NCBI GenBank assembly: GCA_045803545.1
Contig: JBJMOW010000002.1
Location: 416,001-480,000, forward strand
Length of the DNA: 64,000 nt
Reading direction: 5' to 3'
Origin: Gemmatimonadaceae bacterium
GTDB taxonomy: Bacteria; Gemmatimonadota; Gemmatimonadetes; Gemmatimonadales; Gemmatimonadaceae
Shown here: one piece after another, positions 28,073 through 38,605 of the stretch
Layout of the letters: each line of letters starts with the position of its first letter
How positions within the stretch are numbered: the first letter of the stretch is position 1
Program-made: the position numbers and the translations under genes
The notes under the pieces: generated by a model
What the model saw: the letters and a program-made list of their open reading frames with translations, nothing else
Databases searched by the model: none
What the model was told of the DNA's origin: nothing

Positions 28073-28084
28073 AGCTTTCTAAGA

Positions 28085-29425
28085 ATGTCCGACCACTCCC
28101 GACCGACCGTCTACATCGAAACCTACGGGTGCCAGATGAACGTCAGCGATACCGAGCTGATGCTCGGCAAGCTCGCGGACTCCGGCTACCAGTCGGTAGA
28201 TAAGCCTGATGGTGCGGACGTGATTTTGATCAACACCTGCGCGATACGCGATCACGCGGAGCAGCGGGTGATTGGGCGACTCGGCGAGATCAAGAGCAAG
28301 ATGAAGCGTGACGCCGTGCTCGGGGTTACGGGATGCATGGCGCAGCGCCTTGGAACGCAATTGCTCGATCGCGTCAAACATGTGAGTCTGGTGATTGGTC
28401 CCGACGGATACCGCGAGCTCCCCTCACTGATCGAAAACGCGCGCAACGGCGAGCGCTCGACCGCCGTCGAGTTTGATCTGGAGGAGCACTACGAAGACTT
28501 CAGTCCTCGCCGATTTGACGGGGTAAAAGCCTGGATTCCGGTGCAGCGCGGCTGCGACTACAAGTGCACCTACTGCATCGTGCCGACGACGCGCGGTCCC
28601 GAGCGCAGCCGTCAGCTCGCAGATGTCGTGCGGGAAGTTGAGTCGGTCGTCGAGTCCGGGATTTCGGAAGTCGTGCTGCTCGGCCAGACCGTGAACTCCT
28701 ACTTCGATGGTGAGTACGATTTCGCTGCGCTGTTGCGCGCAGTAGGCAGCGTGCGTGGGATTCGCCGGCTTCGCTTTACAAGTCCACACCCGAATGATTT
28801 CACCGACGCTGTGATCGGAGCGATGGCGGAAACGGAAGCGTTTTGCGAGCACGTTCACTTGCCGATGCAGTCGGGCTCGACTCGTACCCTCAAGCGCATG
28901 CTGCGCCGTTACACGCGCGATGATTACTTCGAGTGTGCCGAGCGGCTGCGAAAAGCGATTCCAGGGCTGGCGCTGACGACGGACATCATCGTCGGGTTCC
29001 CCGGTGAGACGGAAGAAGACTTCGAGGAGACGCTGAGCGCGGTGCAGGCGCTGGAGTTCGAGGACGCGTACACCTTCAAGTTCTCGCCACGCGCTGGCAC
29101 ACCCGCGACCCGCTTCCCGCCGACCGACACGATCCCGGACGAGGTCGCGAGCGCGCGACTCGATCGACTGATCAAAGCCGTTCGTTCCGGCAGTCGTGAG
29201 CGCAATATCACGCTGCTCGGCCAGCGGCGGGAAGTGCTCGTCGAGAAAGCGGCGAAACGCGGTGGCCTGCTGCAGTCTCGCACGCGCGACTTCAAGACTG
29301 TGATGATCCCTGGCGATGCATCGTTGATCGGCAGGTATTTTCAGGTCGAGCTCACTGGCACCACCGGATCCACTTTCCTCGGACAGATCGTCGCCCAGCG
29401 GGCGGCGCTACCGCTAGCCGGCTAG
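28085..29425 (+). CDS. miaB: tRNA (N6-isopentenyl adenosine(37)-C2)-methylthiotransferase MiaB
   Basis: TYGCQMN, NTCAIR, GCMAQ, radical-SAM CDYKCTYC, FTSPHP, C-terminal TRAM-like region. Confidence 0.93.
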   Translation: MSDHSRPTVYIETYGCQMNVSDTELMLGKLADSGYQSVDKPDGADVILINTCAIRDHAEQRVIGRLGEIKSKMKRDAVLGVTGCMAQRLGTQLLDRVKHVSLVIGPDGYRELPSLIENARNGERSTAVEFDLEEHYEDFSPRRFDGVKAWIPVQRGCDYKCTYCIVPTTRGPERSRQLADVVREVESVVESGISEVVLLGQTVNSYFDGEYDFAALLRAVGSVRGIRRLRFTSPHPNDFTDAVIGAMAETEAFCEHVHLPMQSGSTRTLKRMLRRYTRDDYFECAERLRKAIPGLALTTDIIVGFPGETEEDFEETLSAVQALEFEDAYTFKFSPRAGTPATRFPPTDTIPDEVASARLDRLIKAVRSGSRERNITLLGQRREVLVEKAAKRGGLLQSRTRDFKTVMIPGDASLIGRYFQVELTGTTGSTFLGQIVAQRAALPLAG

Positions 29426-29512
29426 AGCGCATATCGTCTCTGCGCGCGCGAGATCGGTGTCGCGCGCGTCCATGCCACAAGCGAATGTCGGGCAGCACAA
29501 TTCGGAGCTCGG

Positions 29513-31525
29513 CTGCCGCTCATCACTGGCGCATATCTCGCCTACCTCGCCGGTTCGCTGGCGGGTTTTACGGATTTTGCCTGGGCCGCAGTCCTCGGCG
29601 CGGCAGTAGTTGTCGTAGGTGCAATTATCCGTCGACGAGCTGATTGGGCGAGCTACGCGGCGCTGGTCGCCGCAGCCGCCGTCGTCGCGCTTGCCACGCC
29701 AGATCCGTCCAGACCGGCGGCTGGCGAAAAAAAGGCTAGTCCGGACTTCCTGACGCGCGTGCGCTTGCGCGCCGGGCGAGCGATCGACCGGACCTTCGTC
29801 GATGACGCGCCGCTCGCGAGAGCGCTGCTCATCGCCGATCAGCATGAAATCCCGACGGAAATGCGCGATCGCTATGCGGCAGCGGGCATCATCCACATGC
29901 TGTCGATCTCCGGTTTGCATGTAGCTGTAATTGCCGCAGCGATCGAGCTTTTGTTTCAAGTCGCGCGATTATCGAGAAGGACTTCGTTAATCGGCGCTTT
30001 CGCCGTGACCGTCGCCTATGTCGCGGTGATAGGCGCGCCCGCCCCCGCCGTGCGCTCGGCTACAATGCTGGGGGTGGCGATTCTCTCTCGCCTCGCGCAA
30101 CGACCCACCTCCGTGTGGGCCTCGTGGGCACTAGGTGCCTTTGTACCGCTCGTCAACCCTCGTACTGCGCTCGATGTCGGCTACCAACTGAGCGTGATCG
30201 GGATGTGCGCGCTCGTCGCGGCAGGTCGTTTGTGGAACCGTCGCTTCTCCGGCAAGATCGACGGGCTGAAGGGAAAGATTGCTCGCGAGCTCATGACGTC
30301 TCTCGTTGCCTGCGCAATCACGGCGCCTCTCGTGGCGTGGGTATTCGGCAGGGTAAGCCTGATTGCGCCGCTGGCGAACCTCGTTGCCGCGCCGGTGATC
30401 ACGTTGGCGCAACCAATCCTCTTTCTCGCGCTCGTCGCAGCCCCCGTGGGCGCGGTCGGACAATTCTTTGCGCAAGCAGTGCATCCGCTGCTCTTTGCGT
30501 TCGACTGGATCTCATGGACGGCTGCGTCTATTCCGTATGCTTCTATTACGGTTGGAGCTACGCCGGTGACCGCATTGCTCGGTGCAGCGGCAGCTGTGGC
30601 GCTGATCATTGCCTGCACCACGAGACATCCTGCGCGTCCCGCGATTATCGCGCTCGCGGCGGTGTCGTTGATGGCGTCGGCGCCGTTTCTGCCTCAACCA
30701 GACGACCATCGTGTCGAGCTAGATGTGCTTGACGTAGGTCAGGGTGATGCGATTCTCCTGCGCACCGATGCTGGACGCTGGGTAGTGTTCGATGCAGGAC
30801 CCGCGTGGCGCGGTGGTGACGCTGGCCGATCGAACATCATGCCGTTCATTCTCCGCCGCGGCGGTGAGGTTGATGCATTCGTTCTGTCGCACCCTCACAC
30901 CGATCACGTCGGCGGCGCGGCGAGCGTGATCAACGCACTACACCCGCGGGTATATTGGGATGCTGCTTTTGCGGGCGGCTCGGAAGCCTACAGTTCGTCG
31001 CTACTCGCTGCGGAACGCAGTCACGTCGAGTGGAGAAGAGTGCATCCCGGAGATTCCATTCAGCTCGATGGAGTCACTGTCTCTTTCCTCGCCCCCGATT
31101 CCACCTGGACGGTCGGCCTGAAGGATCCGAACCTGTCGAGCACCATTGCCCTGATACAGTATGGAACGGTCCGGTTTCTCCTTGTCGGCGATGCCGAGGT
31201 GGAAGAAGAGAACTGGCTGCTCGAGCACTACGGTGACGGGCTCCGCGCGGACGTGCTCAAGGTGGGACATCACGGCAGCTCCACCAGCAGCAGCGACGCT
31301 TTCCTGCGCGCGGTTCGGCCGTCGCTCGCACTGATTTCGGTTGGCGCAGGCAACATGTATGGTCATCCAAGCGAAGACGTCCTATACGCTCTGCGTCGGA
31401 GTGGCAGCGAGATACTTCGCACTGACCAAGCGGGAACGATTAGCATTCGGACTGACGGACAACACATCGAAGTAGCGACGAGAGCGAGTAAATGGGAATT
31501 GGTGCGCGGGTCATTGGGGCACTGA
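29513..31525 (+). CDS. comEC: DNA internalization competence protein ComEC/Rec2 (probable CTG start)
   Basis: Competence domain HMLSISGLH, VRSATM, GYQLS; beta-lactamase domain DVGQGDA, SHPHTDHVGG, GHHGS, YGHP. Frame is open from CTG 29513 (GGAG upstream); first canonical start is GTG 29759. Confidence 0.9.
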   Translation: MPLITGAYLAYLAGSLAGFTDFAWAAVLGAAVVVVGAIIRRRADWASYAALVAAAAVVALATPDPSRPAAGEKKASPDFLTRVRLRAGRAIDRTFVDDAPLARALLIADQHEIPTEMRDRYAAAGIIHMLSISGLHVAVIAAAIELLFQVARLSRRTSLIGAFAVTVAYVAVIGAPAPAVRSATMLGVAILSRLAQRPTSVWASWALGAFVPLVNPRTALDVGYQLSVIGMCALVAAGRLWNRRFSGKIDGLKGKIARELMTSLVACAITAPLVAWVFGRVSLIAPLANLVAAPVITLAQPILFLALVAAPVGAVGQFFAQAVHPLLFAFDWISWTAASIPYASITVGATPVTALLGAAAAVALIIACTTRHPARPAIIALAAVSLMASAPFLPQPDDHRVELDVLDVGQGDAILLRTDAGRWVVFDAGPAWRGGDAGRSNIMPFILRRGGEVDAFVLSHPHTDHVGGAASVINALHPRVYWDAAFAGGSEAYSSSLLAAERSHVEWRRVHPGDSIQLDGVTVSFLAPDSTWTVGLKDPNLSSTIALIQYGTVRFLLVGDAEVEEENWLLEHYGDGLRADVLKVGHHGSSTSSSDAFLRAVRPSLALISVGAGNMYGHPSEDVLYALRRSGSEILRTDQAGTISIRTDGQHIEVATRASKWELVRGSLGH

Positions 31526-31878
31526 TTGGTGAGCCGGTCCAGCTTCCTGTCGAGTTGGTGCAACGCTTTCCCGAGTTGCGGAAGGCCAGGTACAGGCGAG
31601 GCGGGCTCCCTGTCCGAATAGGTGGCTGGTCACTTGGGACCAGCAGTGCTGCGGCAATTACGCTCTGGCGCACTGTGTTCATCTCACCCCGCACGGCTCT
31701 TACAGCGGAACTGCTCTTGCACGAGTTGAGACACGTTCATCAATTTTCGGAGAGCTGGGCCTTTCCTTTCAGCTACCTCTGGCAATCCATTCGTTACGGT
31801 TACAGCCGTAACGCTTACGAGGTTGATGCGCGTCGCTACTCGGCGGTCCGCCTCAATACGGCCAAAAAGGAATCATGA
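31492..31878 (+). CDS. Small HExxH protein (DUF4157-like)
   Basis: AITLWRTVFI...LLHELRHVHQF...NAYEVDA; abuts fbp. Confidence 0.65.
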   Translation: MGIGARVIGALIGEPVQLPVELVQRFPELRKARYRRGGLPVRIGGWSLGTSSAAAITLWRTVFISPRTALTAELLLHELRHVHQFSESWAFPFSYLWQSIRYGYSRNAYEVDARRYSAVRLNTAKKES

Positions 31879-32931
31879 GTGGTTAAGCACACTGCGACTT
31901 CCGTCGTAACAATCGACCGTTTCATCATCGAGCAGGAAAAGCTTCACCCGGAAGCCACGGGCGAGCTCTCCGGTGTGCTCTATGACCTGGCCCTTGCCGC
32001 GAAGATGATCGCCAACAAGGTCCGCAGCGCCGGTCTGGCGGACATACTTGGCGCGACAGCGCGAGAAAACGTTCAGGGAGAGACCCAGCAGAAGCTCGAC
32101 GTCCTCGCCAACGAGATCATCATCAAGGCCGTCGATCACGGTGGTCGCCTCTGTGCGATGGCGTCGGAAGAGGAGCCGGGGATCATCGACATTCCCACCG
32201 GATTCCGGTGCGGCAAATACTGCCTCCTCTTCGATCCGTTGGACGGTTCGTCCAACATCGATGTGAACGTGCCCGTCGGTACCATTTTCTCCGTGCTGAA
32301 GAAGATCACGCGCGGCAGTCGCGGCGAGCTGGAAGACATGCTCCAGCCGGGCCGCCGCCAGGTCGCCGCAGGCTACGTGATCTACGGGTCAAGCACGATG
32401 CTGGTCTACACGACTGGCCAGGGTGCGCACGGCTTTACGCTCGATCCGTCGCTGGGTGAGTTCCTGCTTTCGCATCCCAACATTCGCACGCCCGACGCGG
32501 GTCGATACCTGTCCGTGAACGATTCTTACTACAGCCAGTGGGAGCCTGAAGTGCAGGGCTTGATGAATTACTACCGCGGCCAGGATGGTAATCGGCAACC
32601 GATGAATACGCGGTACGTGGGCTCACTGGTCGCCGATTTCCATCGCAACCTGCTCGGAGGCGGATTGTTTGCCTATCCCGCAAATCGAAAGAACAAGCGG
32701 GGCAAACTGAGACTGCTCTATGAAGCCAGCCCGTTGGCGTTCATCGTCGAACAAGCCGGTGGCGCGGCCTCAGACGGCCAGCAACGTGTTCTCGACATCC
32801 ACCCAACCGAACTGCATCAGCGCACACCTCTGTTCATCGGCAGCACCAACGACGTCGACGCCGCCACGTCCATGCTGGGCGGTCACAAGCCATCCGAATC
32901 ACTTTCGCCGGTCGGATCGGTAGGAGCGTGA
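31879..32931 (+). CDS. fbp: Class 1 fructose-1,6-bisphosphatase
   Basis: [47 protein letters not shown]. Confidence 0.96.
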   Translation: MVKHTATSVVTIDRFIIEQEKLHPEATGELSGVLYDLALAAKMIANKVRSAGLADILGATARENVQGETQQKLDVLANEIIIKAVDHGGRLCAMASEEEPGIIDIPTGFRCGKYCLLFDPLDGSSNIDVNVPVGTIFSVLKKITRGSRGELEDMLQPGRRQVAAGYVIYGSSTMLVYTTGQGAHGFTLDPSLGEFLLSHPNIRTPDAGRYLSVNDSYYSQWEPEVQGLMNYYRGQDGNRQPMNTRYVGSLVADFHRNLLGGGLFAYPANRKNKRGKLRLLYEASPLAFIVEQAGGAASDGQQRVLDIHPTELHQRTPLFIGSTNDVDAATSMLGGHKPSESLSPVGSVGA

Positions 32932-32959
32932 CGGGTCGCCGGCAGGGCGGCCGGCGCTC

Positions 32960-34555
32960 GTGAAGAAACGAGATTCCGGCGGGAAACTCTCGCCGTCCGG
33001 CATTCCGATCGAGAACGTCTATCGCCCTGAGAACGCTGCAGTCGAGTACGCGTCGGACCTGGGCGATCCCGGAAAGTGGCCGTACACCCGCGGCGTTCAG
33101 CCAACCATGTATCGCGGACGCTTGTGGACGATGCGCCAGTACGCGGGCTTCGGAAGCGCCAGAACCACCAACGAGCGATTCAAGCTTCTGCTGGATGCCG
33201 GTCAAAGCGGCCTTTCCGTTGCCTTTGATCTCCCGACGCAGATGGGGCTCGATTCCGATTCGCCTCGTTCGCTCGGCGAAGTTGGCAGAGCGGGAGTCGC
33301 GATCGACAGCGTCGAGGACATGCACGTTCTCCTCGACGGAATTCCGCTCGACAAGGTGTCGACTTCGATGACGATCAACGCTACAGCTGCGACCTTGCTG
33401 GCGATGTACATCGTTGTCGCCGAAGAACGCGGGCTTTGGCGCAACAAGATCAGCGGGACGATCCAGAATGATATTCTGAAAGAGTACATCGCGCGGGGGA
33501 CTTACATCTATCCGCCCGAGCCGAGCCTCGCGCTGATTGCGGAAGTATTCCGCTTTTGCGCCGACGAGGTGCCGAACTGGAATCCAATCTCCATTTCGGG
33601 ATATCACATTCGCGAAGCTGGTGCGACGGCCGTCCAGGAGCTCGCGTTCACGCTCGCCAATACCATTGAATACGTATCACGCGCGATTGGGGCGGGTTTG
33701 GCGGTCGACACGTTTGCACCGCGACTGTCGTTTTTCTTCGCCGCTCACAGTGACCTGCTGGAAGAGGTGGCCAAGTTCCGAGCGGCGCGCCGACTGTACG
33801 CGCGCATCATGCGCGATCGATTTCACGCTTCCGATGCGAGCGCTCGGCTCCGCTTTCACACCCAGACGGGGGGCGTCACTCTAACGGCGCAGCAGCCGCT
33901 GAACAATGTCGTGCGCGTTACCGTGCAATCGCTTGCGGCGACGCTTGGCGGGACTCAGTCCCTGCACACGAACGGATACGACGAAGCCCTGGCGCTACCG
34001 ACCGCTGAAGCGGCGACTCTGGCGCTCCGCACCCAACAGATCGTCGCACACGAGTCAGGTGTGGCGAATACCGCCGATCCACTGGCAGGCAGCTACTACG
34101 TCGAGAGCCTGACGAACGAGCTGGAGCTACGCGCCACGGAGCTCATTCGCAAAGTCGATGAGATTGGCGGCTCCGAGCAGGCGATCGCGACTGGATTTTT
34201 CCAGGAGGAGATCGCGCGCAGCGCCTATGAGCATCAGATGCGTGTCGAAGCGGGCGAAACCGTCATCGTCGGCGTCAATAGGTTTGTCGACGAGGCAGGA
34301 TCGCCGTCTGTACACGCACCCGACTACTCAAAACTCGAGAAAGCGCAGATCAAGGCGGTAAAAGCGGTCCGCAAGAAGCGAGATGCTGCGGCTGTAAAGA
34401 AAGGTCTCGCCGCTCTAAAGGAGGCGTCGCGAGATCCCGCGCAACCGTTGCACCTGATGCCGCTCATCATCGACGCGGTGCGCGCGCGCTCGACGGTTGG
34501 TGAAATCGCGGAGACTCTTGCCTCCAACTGGGGTTATTACCGGCCGACTGCATAG
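32960..34555 (+). CDS. Methylmalonyl-CoA mutase, substrate-binding large subunit (no B12-binding domain)
   Basis: [47 protein letters not shown]; lacks the DxHxxG cobalamin domain. Confidence 0.9.
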   Translation: MKKRDSGGKLSPSGIPIENVYRPENAAVEYASDLGDPGKWPYTRGVQPTMYRGRLWTMRQYAGFGSARTTNERFKLLLDAGQSGLSVAFDLPTQMGLDSDSPRSLGEVGRAGVAIDSVEDMHVLLDGIPLDKVSTSMTINATAATLLAMYIVVAEERGLWRNKISGTIQNDILKEYIARGTYIYPPEPSLALIAEVFRFCADEVPNWNPISISGYHIREAGATAVQELAFTLANTIEYVSRAIGAGLAVDTFAPRLSFFFAAHSDLLEEVAKFRAARRLYARIMRDRFHASDASARLRFHTQTGGVTLTAQQPLNNVVRVTVQSLAATLGGTQSLHTNGYDEALALPTAEAATLALRTQQIVAHESGVANTADPLAGSYYVESLTNELELRATELIRKVDEIGGSEQAIATGFFQEEIARSAYEHQMRVEAGETVIVGVNRFVDEAGSPSVHAPDYSKLEKAQIKAVKAVRKKRDAAAVKKGLAALKEASRDPAQPLHLMPLIIDAVRARSTVGEIAETLASNWGYYRPTA

Positions 34556-34567
34556 TGCACGCGAAGC

Positions 34568-34596
34568 TTGAGACGCACTTTGGTGCAAACTAGCTT
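34568..34596 (+). promoter_or_regulatory. Putative sigma70 promoter for the FmdB-argS genes
   Basis: TTGAGA-N17-TAGCTT, ending 20 nt before the ATG at 34617. Confidence 0.45.
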
Positions 34597-34616
34597 TCGT
34601 AAGCGATAACGACGAA

Positions 34617-34973
34617 ATGCCTACCTACGAGTTCCGTTGTCCCGACGGACACGACTTCGAAAAATTCTACCGATCCATAAGCGGCGCACCGACCGAGGTT
34701 GCGTGCCCCGTTTGCGGTAAGGTTGCCGAGCGCCAAATGTCGGGCGGAGGCGGGCTCGTCTTCAAAGGTTCGGGTTTCTACATCACCGACTACGGCAAGG
34801 ACGGCAAGAAGCCGCAGACTCCGCCCCCGGGTAGTGGTGATAAATCCAAAGGCAGCAGCGAAGCCTCAGCACCTAAGTCCGACAGCGCGGAGTCGCCGAA
34901 GAGCGACACCAAACCTGCCGAAGCCAAACCGGCTACCGGCGACAAATCCAAGGGATCGAAAGCCAGCGAATGA
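34617..34973 (+). CDS. FmdB family zinc-ribbon protein
   Basis: MPTYEFRCPDGHDFE...CPVCG...FKGSGFYITDY plus a low-complexity K/S/P tail. Confidence 0.88.
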   Translation: MPTYEFRCPDGHDFEKFYRSISGAPTEVACPVCGKVAERQMSGGGGLVFKGSGFYITDYGKDGKKPQTPPPGSGDKSKGSSEASAPKSDSAESPKSDTKPAEAKPATGDKSKGSKASE

Positions 34974-36592
34974 CCGCAGCTGAGCAAATTCGCGCCGAGC
35001 TGATTCGCGCGGCGCGTGAAATGGGCGCGCCTGCGGACGTCGAGCCGGTGCTCGAGCGGCCGCGTGAGTCATCACACGGCGATTGGGCGACCAACCTCGC
35101 AATGGTGCTCGCCAAGCCGTTGCACTTGAAGCCGCGAGACATCGCAGAGCGTTTGCGCGGCGCTCTGAATCTCGGCGCCGCCGGTGTCGCTCGCATCGAC
35201 ATCGCGGGCCCGGGCTTCATGAATTTCTGGATCGATGCCGGCCGCACTGCTTCTGGTCTCCGCGATATCGTGCGCGCAAACGAAGCGTACGGTCACAACA
35301 ACAGTGGCGGTGGACACGTCGTCAACGTCGAGTTCGTCTCGGCGAATCCGACGGGACCATTGCACGTTGGCCACGGACGTCAGGCCGCGCTCGGCGATGC
35401 GATCGCAACTCTGCTCGAAGTCACCGGCTGGAAGGTTACGCGAGAGTACTACTACAACGATGCCGGAGTGCAAATCGACAACCTGGCGGCCAGTGTGCAG
35501 GCGCGGGTCGATGAGCTACACGGCAAGCCGCTGGAAATCCCCGAAGGTGGGTATCACGGTGAGTACATCCGCGAAATCGCCGAGCGTTATCTGAGTGAAG
35601 GAACGGGCATGTCGGTGCGCGAGTTCGCGATTCGAGAGCTGCGCAAGGAGCAGGATCTCGACTTGCAGGCCTTTGGCGTACGGTTCGATCATTACTTCCT
35701 GGAGTCGTCGCTGTACACCGACGGCATGGTGGAGAACACCGTGCGCCAGCTCGTGAGCTCAGGGAAGACATACGAGAATGAAGGCGCGCTCTGGCTGCGT
35801 ACGACCGAGTTCGGCGACGATAAGGATCGCGTCATGCGCAAGCGTGACGGGACCTACACCTACTTCCTTCCCGATGTCGCTTATCATGTCACGAAATGGC
35901 GTCGCGGCTTCCATCGCGCCATCGACGTCCAGGGAGCCGACCATCACAGCACTGTCACTCGCGTTCGCGCTGGATTGCAGGCGCTGAACATGGGCGTGAC
36001 CGAGGATTATCCGGAGTACGTGCTCCATCAGATGGTGACGGTCATGAAGCACGGCGAGGAAATAAAGATCTCGAAGCGCGCCGGAAGCTACGTCACCGTG
36101 CGCGATCTGATCAACGAAGTTGGTCGCGATGCCGTGCGCTACTTCTTTCTGATGCGGAAAAGTGATTCGCAGCTGATCTTCAACGTCGATCTGGCGGCGT
36201 CGCAGTCGGAGGAGAACCCGGTTTATTACATCCAGATGGGCCACGCACGGATGTGCGGCATCTTCCGCGTCGGCGGCATCGAACCGGAATCCATTTCGGT
36301 CGACGACGTCGATTTTGGCGTACTGGCGGAACCGGAGGAGAAGGAGCTGGTCAAGGCGCTGCTCGATTTTCCCGCTCTCGTTGCCGGCGCGGCCGAAGCG
36401 CTGGAGCCACATCGCATCGCCAATTATTTGCTCGAGACCGCCCGGCTCGCGCACCTGTGGTACCACAAGCATCACGTGCTCGAGCAACCGGAGGAGATCA
36501 CGCGGGCCCGCCTGGTGCTCGCGCGCAGCGCTCAGATAGTCCTCCGCAACGGTCTGACTATCCTCGGTGTGACCGCGCCGGAGCGGATGTAG
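34970..36592 (+). CDS. argS: Arginine--tRNA ligase
   Basis: AGPGFMNF, EFVSANPTGPLHVGHGR (HIGH), KISKRAG, NPVYYIQ, C-terminal APERM. Confidence 0.97.
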   Translation: MTAAEQIRAELIRAAREMGAPADVEPVLERPRESSHGDWATNLAMVLAKPLHLKPRDIAERLRGALNLGAAGVARIDIAGPGFMNFWIDAGRTASGLRDIVRANEAYGHNNSGGGHVVNVEFVSANPTGPLHVGHGRQAALGDAIATLLEVTGWKVTREYYYNDAGVQIDNLAASVQARVDELHGKPLEIPEGGYHGEYIREIAERYLSEGTGMSVREFAIRELRKEQDLDLQAFGVRFDHYFLESSLYTDGMVENTVRQLVSSGKTYENEGALWLRTTEFGDDKDRVMRKRDGTYTYFLPDVAYHVTKWRRGFHRAIDVQGADHHSTVTRVRAGLQALNMGVTEDYPEYVLHQMVTVMKHGEEIKISKRAGSYVTVRDLINEVGRDAVRYFFLMRKSDSQLIFNVDLAASQSEENPVYYIQMGHARMCGIFRVGGIEPESISVDDVDFGVLAEPEEKELVKALLDFPALVAGAAEALEPHRIANYLLETARLAHLWYHKHHVLEQPEEITRARLVLARSAQIVLRNGLTILGVTAPERM

Positions 36593-36650
36593 TTGCCCAC
36601 GTCTCTGGGGCGGTTACCATTACTTCGACTCAACCCACAACTCTGATCAG

Positions 36651-37568
36651 ATGTCCGTACTGGTTGTCGGCTCTGTTGCGCTCGATTCAGTAGAGACGCC
36701 GTTCGGCAAAGCCGACGACGTGCTCGGCGGTTCAGCCAACTTCTTTTCAGCTTCGGCTAGTCTTCTCACCAAGGTGAGCGTCGTCGGAGTCATCGGCTCT
36801 GATTACCCGGTGGAGAAGTTGGAGCCGCTCAGAAAGCGTGGCGTCGACTACAGCGGTCTGGAGAAAGCGGAGGGACAATCATTCCGGTGGCGTGGGCGTT
36901 ATCGCCACGATCTGAATTCGGCGGAGACCCTTGAGACCCACCTCGGTGTATTCTCGCACTTCAGTCCGAAAATCCCGGACAAGCTCCGCGATTCGCCGTT
37001 CGTGTTCCTCGCCAACATCGATCCGCGCCTCCAGCTGGATGTGCTGGAACAGGTCAAGAAACCGAAGCTCGTGGCCTGCGATACGATGAATTTCTGGATC
37101 CAGAGCAGGCGTCCCGATTTGCTCAAGCTGCTCTCTCGAGTGGATCTCGTCACGCTCAACGATGCCGAGGCGCGGCAGCTGACCGAGAAATTCAATCTCG
37201 TGCAGGCGGCGCAGTGGATCATGGCGATGGGCCCGCGTCACGTCATCATCAAGAAGGGTGAACACGGCGCGTTCATGTTCACTCAGAACTCGATCTTTTT
37301 CGCGCCGGCCTTTCCGCTGGAGAGCGTATTCGATCCGACCGGCGCCGGTGATTCATTCGCAGGTGGATTCATCGGTTACCTGTCAGAGACCGGTGATCTG
37401 AGCGAAGCCAACATGCGCCGCGCGGTCATCTATGGCTCCGTGATGGGATCGTTTGCAGTCGAGAAATTCTCCATTGAGCGTCTACTCACTCTGACCCGCG
37501 CTGAAATCGATCAACGGGTGCGCGACATGCGCCGGCTCGTGACGTTCGAGGAGGAGCTTCCCGCGTGA
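36651..37568 (+). CDS. PfkB family carbohydrate/nucleoside kinase
   Basis: VVGSVALD, LGGSA, NDAEA, DPTGAGDSFAGG. Confidence 0.9.
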   Translation: MSVLVVGSVALDSVETPFGKADDVLGGSANFFSASASLLTKVSVVGVIGSDYPVEKLEPLRKRGVDYSGLEKAEGQSFRWRGRYRHDLNSAETLETHLGVFSHFSPKIPDKLRDSPFVFLANIDPRLQLDVLEQVKKPKLVACDTMNFWIQSRRPDLLKLLSRVDLVTLNDAEARQLTEKFNLVQAAQWIMAMGPRHVIIKKGEHGAFMFTQNSIFFAPAFPLESVFDPTGAGDSFAGGFIGYLSETGDLSEANMRRAVIYGSVMGSFAVEKFSIERLLTLTRAEIDQRVRDMRRLVTFEEELPA

Positions 37569-38593
37569 GCGACGACGCGCTTCGTTACGGAAGCGCCGGG
37601 GTCGACATCGACGTCTCGAATGCGGCCAAGCGAGGCATTCGACAACTGGTCGAATCGACGTTTACGACTGGAGTCGTGGGAGGCTTTGGCGGATTCGGAG
37701 GCATGTTCAGACTCCCCTCCGGGCTCGACAAACCCGTGCTCGTATCGAGCGCTGATGGCGTCGGCACTAAAATCAAAGTTGCGATCGATGCGAATCGACA
37801 CGGCACCATCGGACGCGATCTCGTCAACCATTGCGTCAACGACATTCTCGTCCAGGGTGCGCTGCCGGCGTTCTTTTTGGACTATGTAGCATTCGGTAAG
37901 CTGGTTCCCGCAGTCGCCGAAGCGGTCGTGGCCGGCATTGCAGCCGGCTGTCGCGAGAATGGTTGTGCCCTCGTAGGCGGGGAAACGGCTGAAATGCCCG
38001 GCTTGTACACGCCTCCGGATTACGACCTCGCCGGCTTCATCGTCGGATATGTGGAAGAGGATGCGATTCTAGGTGCAAGTCGAGTAAGAGCCGATGACGT
38101 GCTGATCGGACTTCCGAGCTCGGGATTGCACACCAACGGTTACTCGCTGGCGCGGAAAATCGTAGCTGATCGACTGAAGCTGCGAGTCACCGATGCTTTT
38201 CCGGGCGGTGGTGGTACGGTCGCCGATGTGTTGCTCGCAGAGCATAAGTCGTATCTGCCCGCGTTGAAGCCGGTCCTCGACCGGATTCACGCAATGGCCC
38301 ATATCACGGGCGGTGGCTTGGTCGAGAACCTCGATCGCGCTCTGCCGCCTGATCTGGACGCAGTGATCGACACGGGAAGCTGGAGGGTTCCGGGCGTATT
38401 CGGGGTCCTAATGGAAGCAGGAAAGGTTGAACGATCCGAGATGTATCGGACGTTCAACATGGGTGTAGGAATGGTGGTCATGTGCGCGCCGACTGATGTC
38501 AAATCTGTGTTGTCGGCGGCGGAGCAAGCGGGTGTCAAAGGTTGGCGCGTCGGATCACTCCAACCGGGCTCGGGCTCCGTAATACTCAATTGA
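37565..38593 (+). CDS. purM: Phosphoribosylformylglycinamidine cyclo-ligase
   Basis: YGSAGVDI, DGVGTK, GGETAEMPG, SSGLHTNGYSL, HITGGG, TFNMGVGM. Confidence 0.97.
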   Translation: MSDDALRYGSAGVDIDVSNAAKRGIRQLVESTFTTGVVGGFGGFGGMFRLPSGLDKPVLVSSADGVGTKIKVAIDANRHGTIGRDLVNHCVNDILVQGALPAFFLDYVAFGKLVPAVAEAVVAGIAAGCRENGCALVGGETAEMPGLYTPPDYDLAGFIVGYVEEDAILGASRVRADDVLIGLPSSGLHTNGYSLARKIVADRLKLRVTDAFPGGGGTVADVLLAEHKSYLPALKPVLDRIHAMAHITGGGLVENLDRALPPDLDAVIDTGSWRVPGVFGVLMEAGKVERSEMYRTFNMGVGMVVMCAPTDVKSVLSAAEQAGVKGWRVGSLQPGSGSVILN

Positions 38594-38605
38594 GGAACCA
38601 AATCG

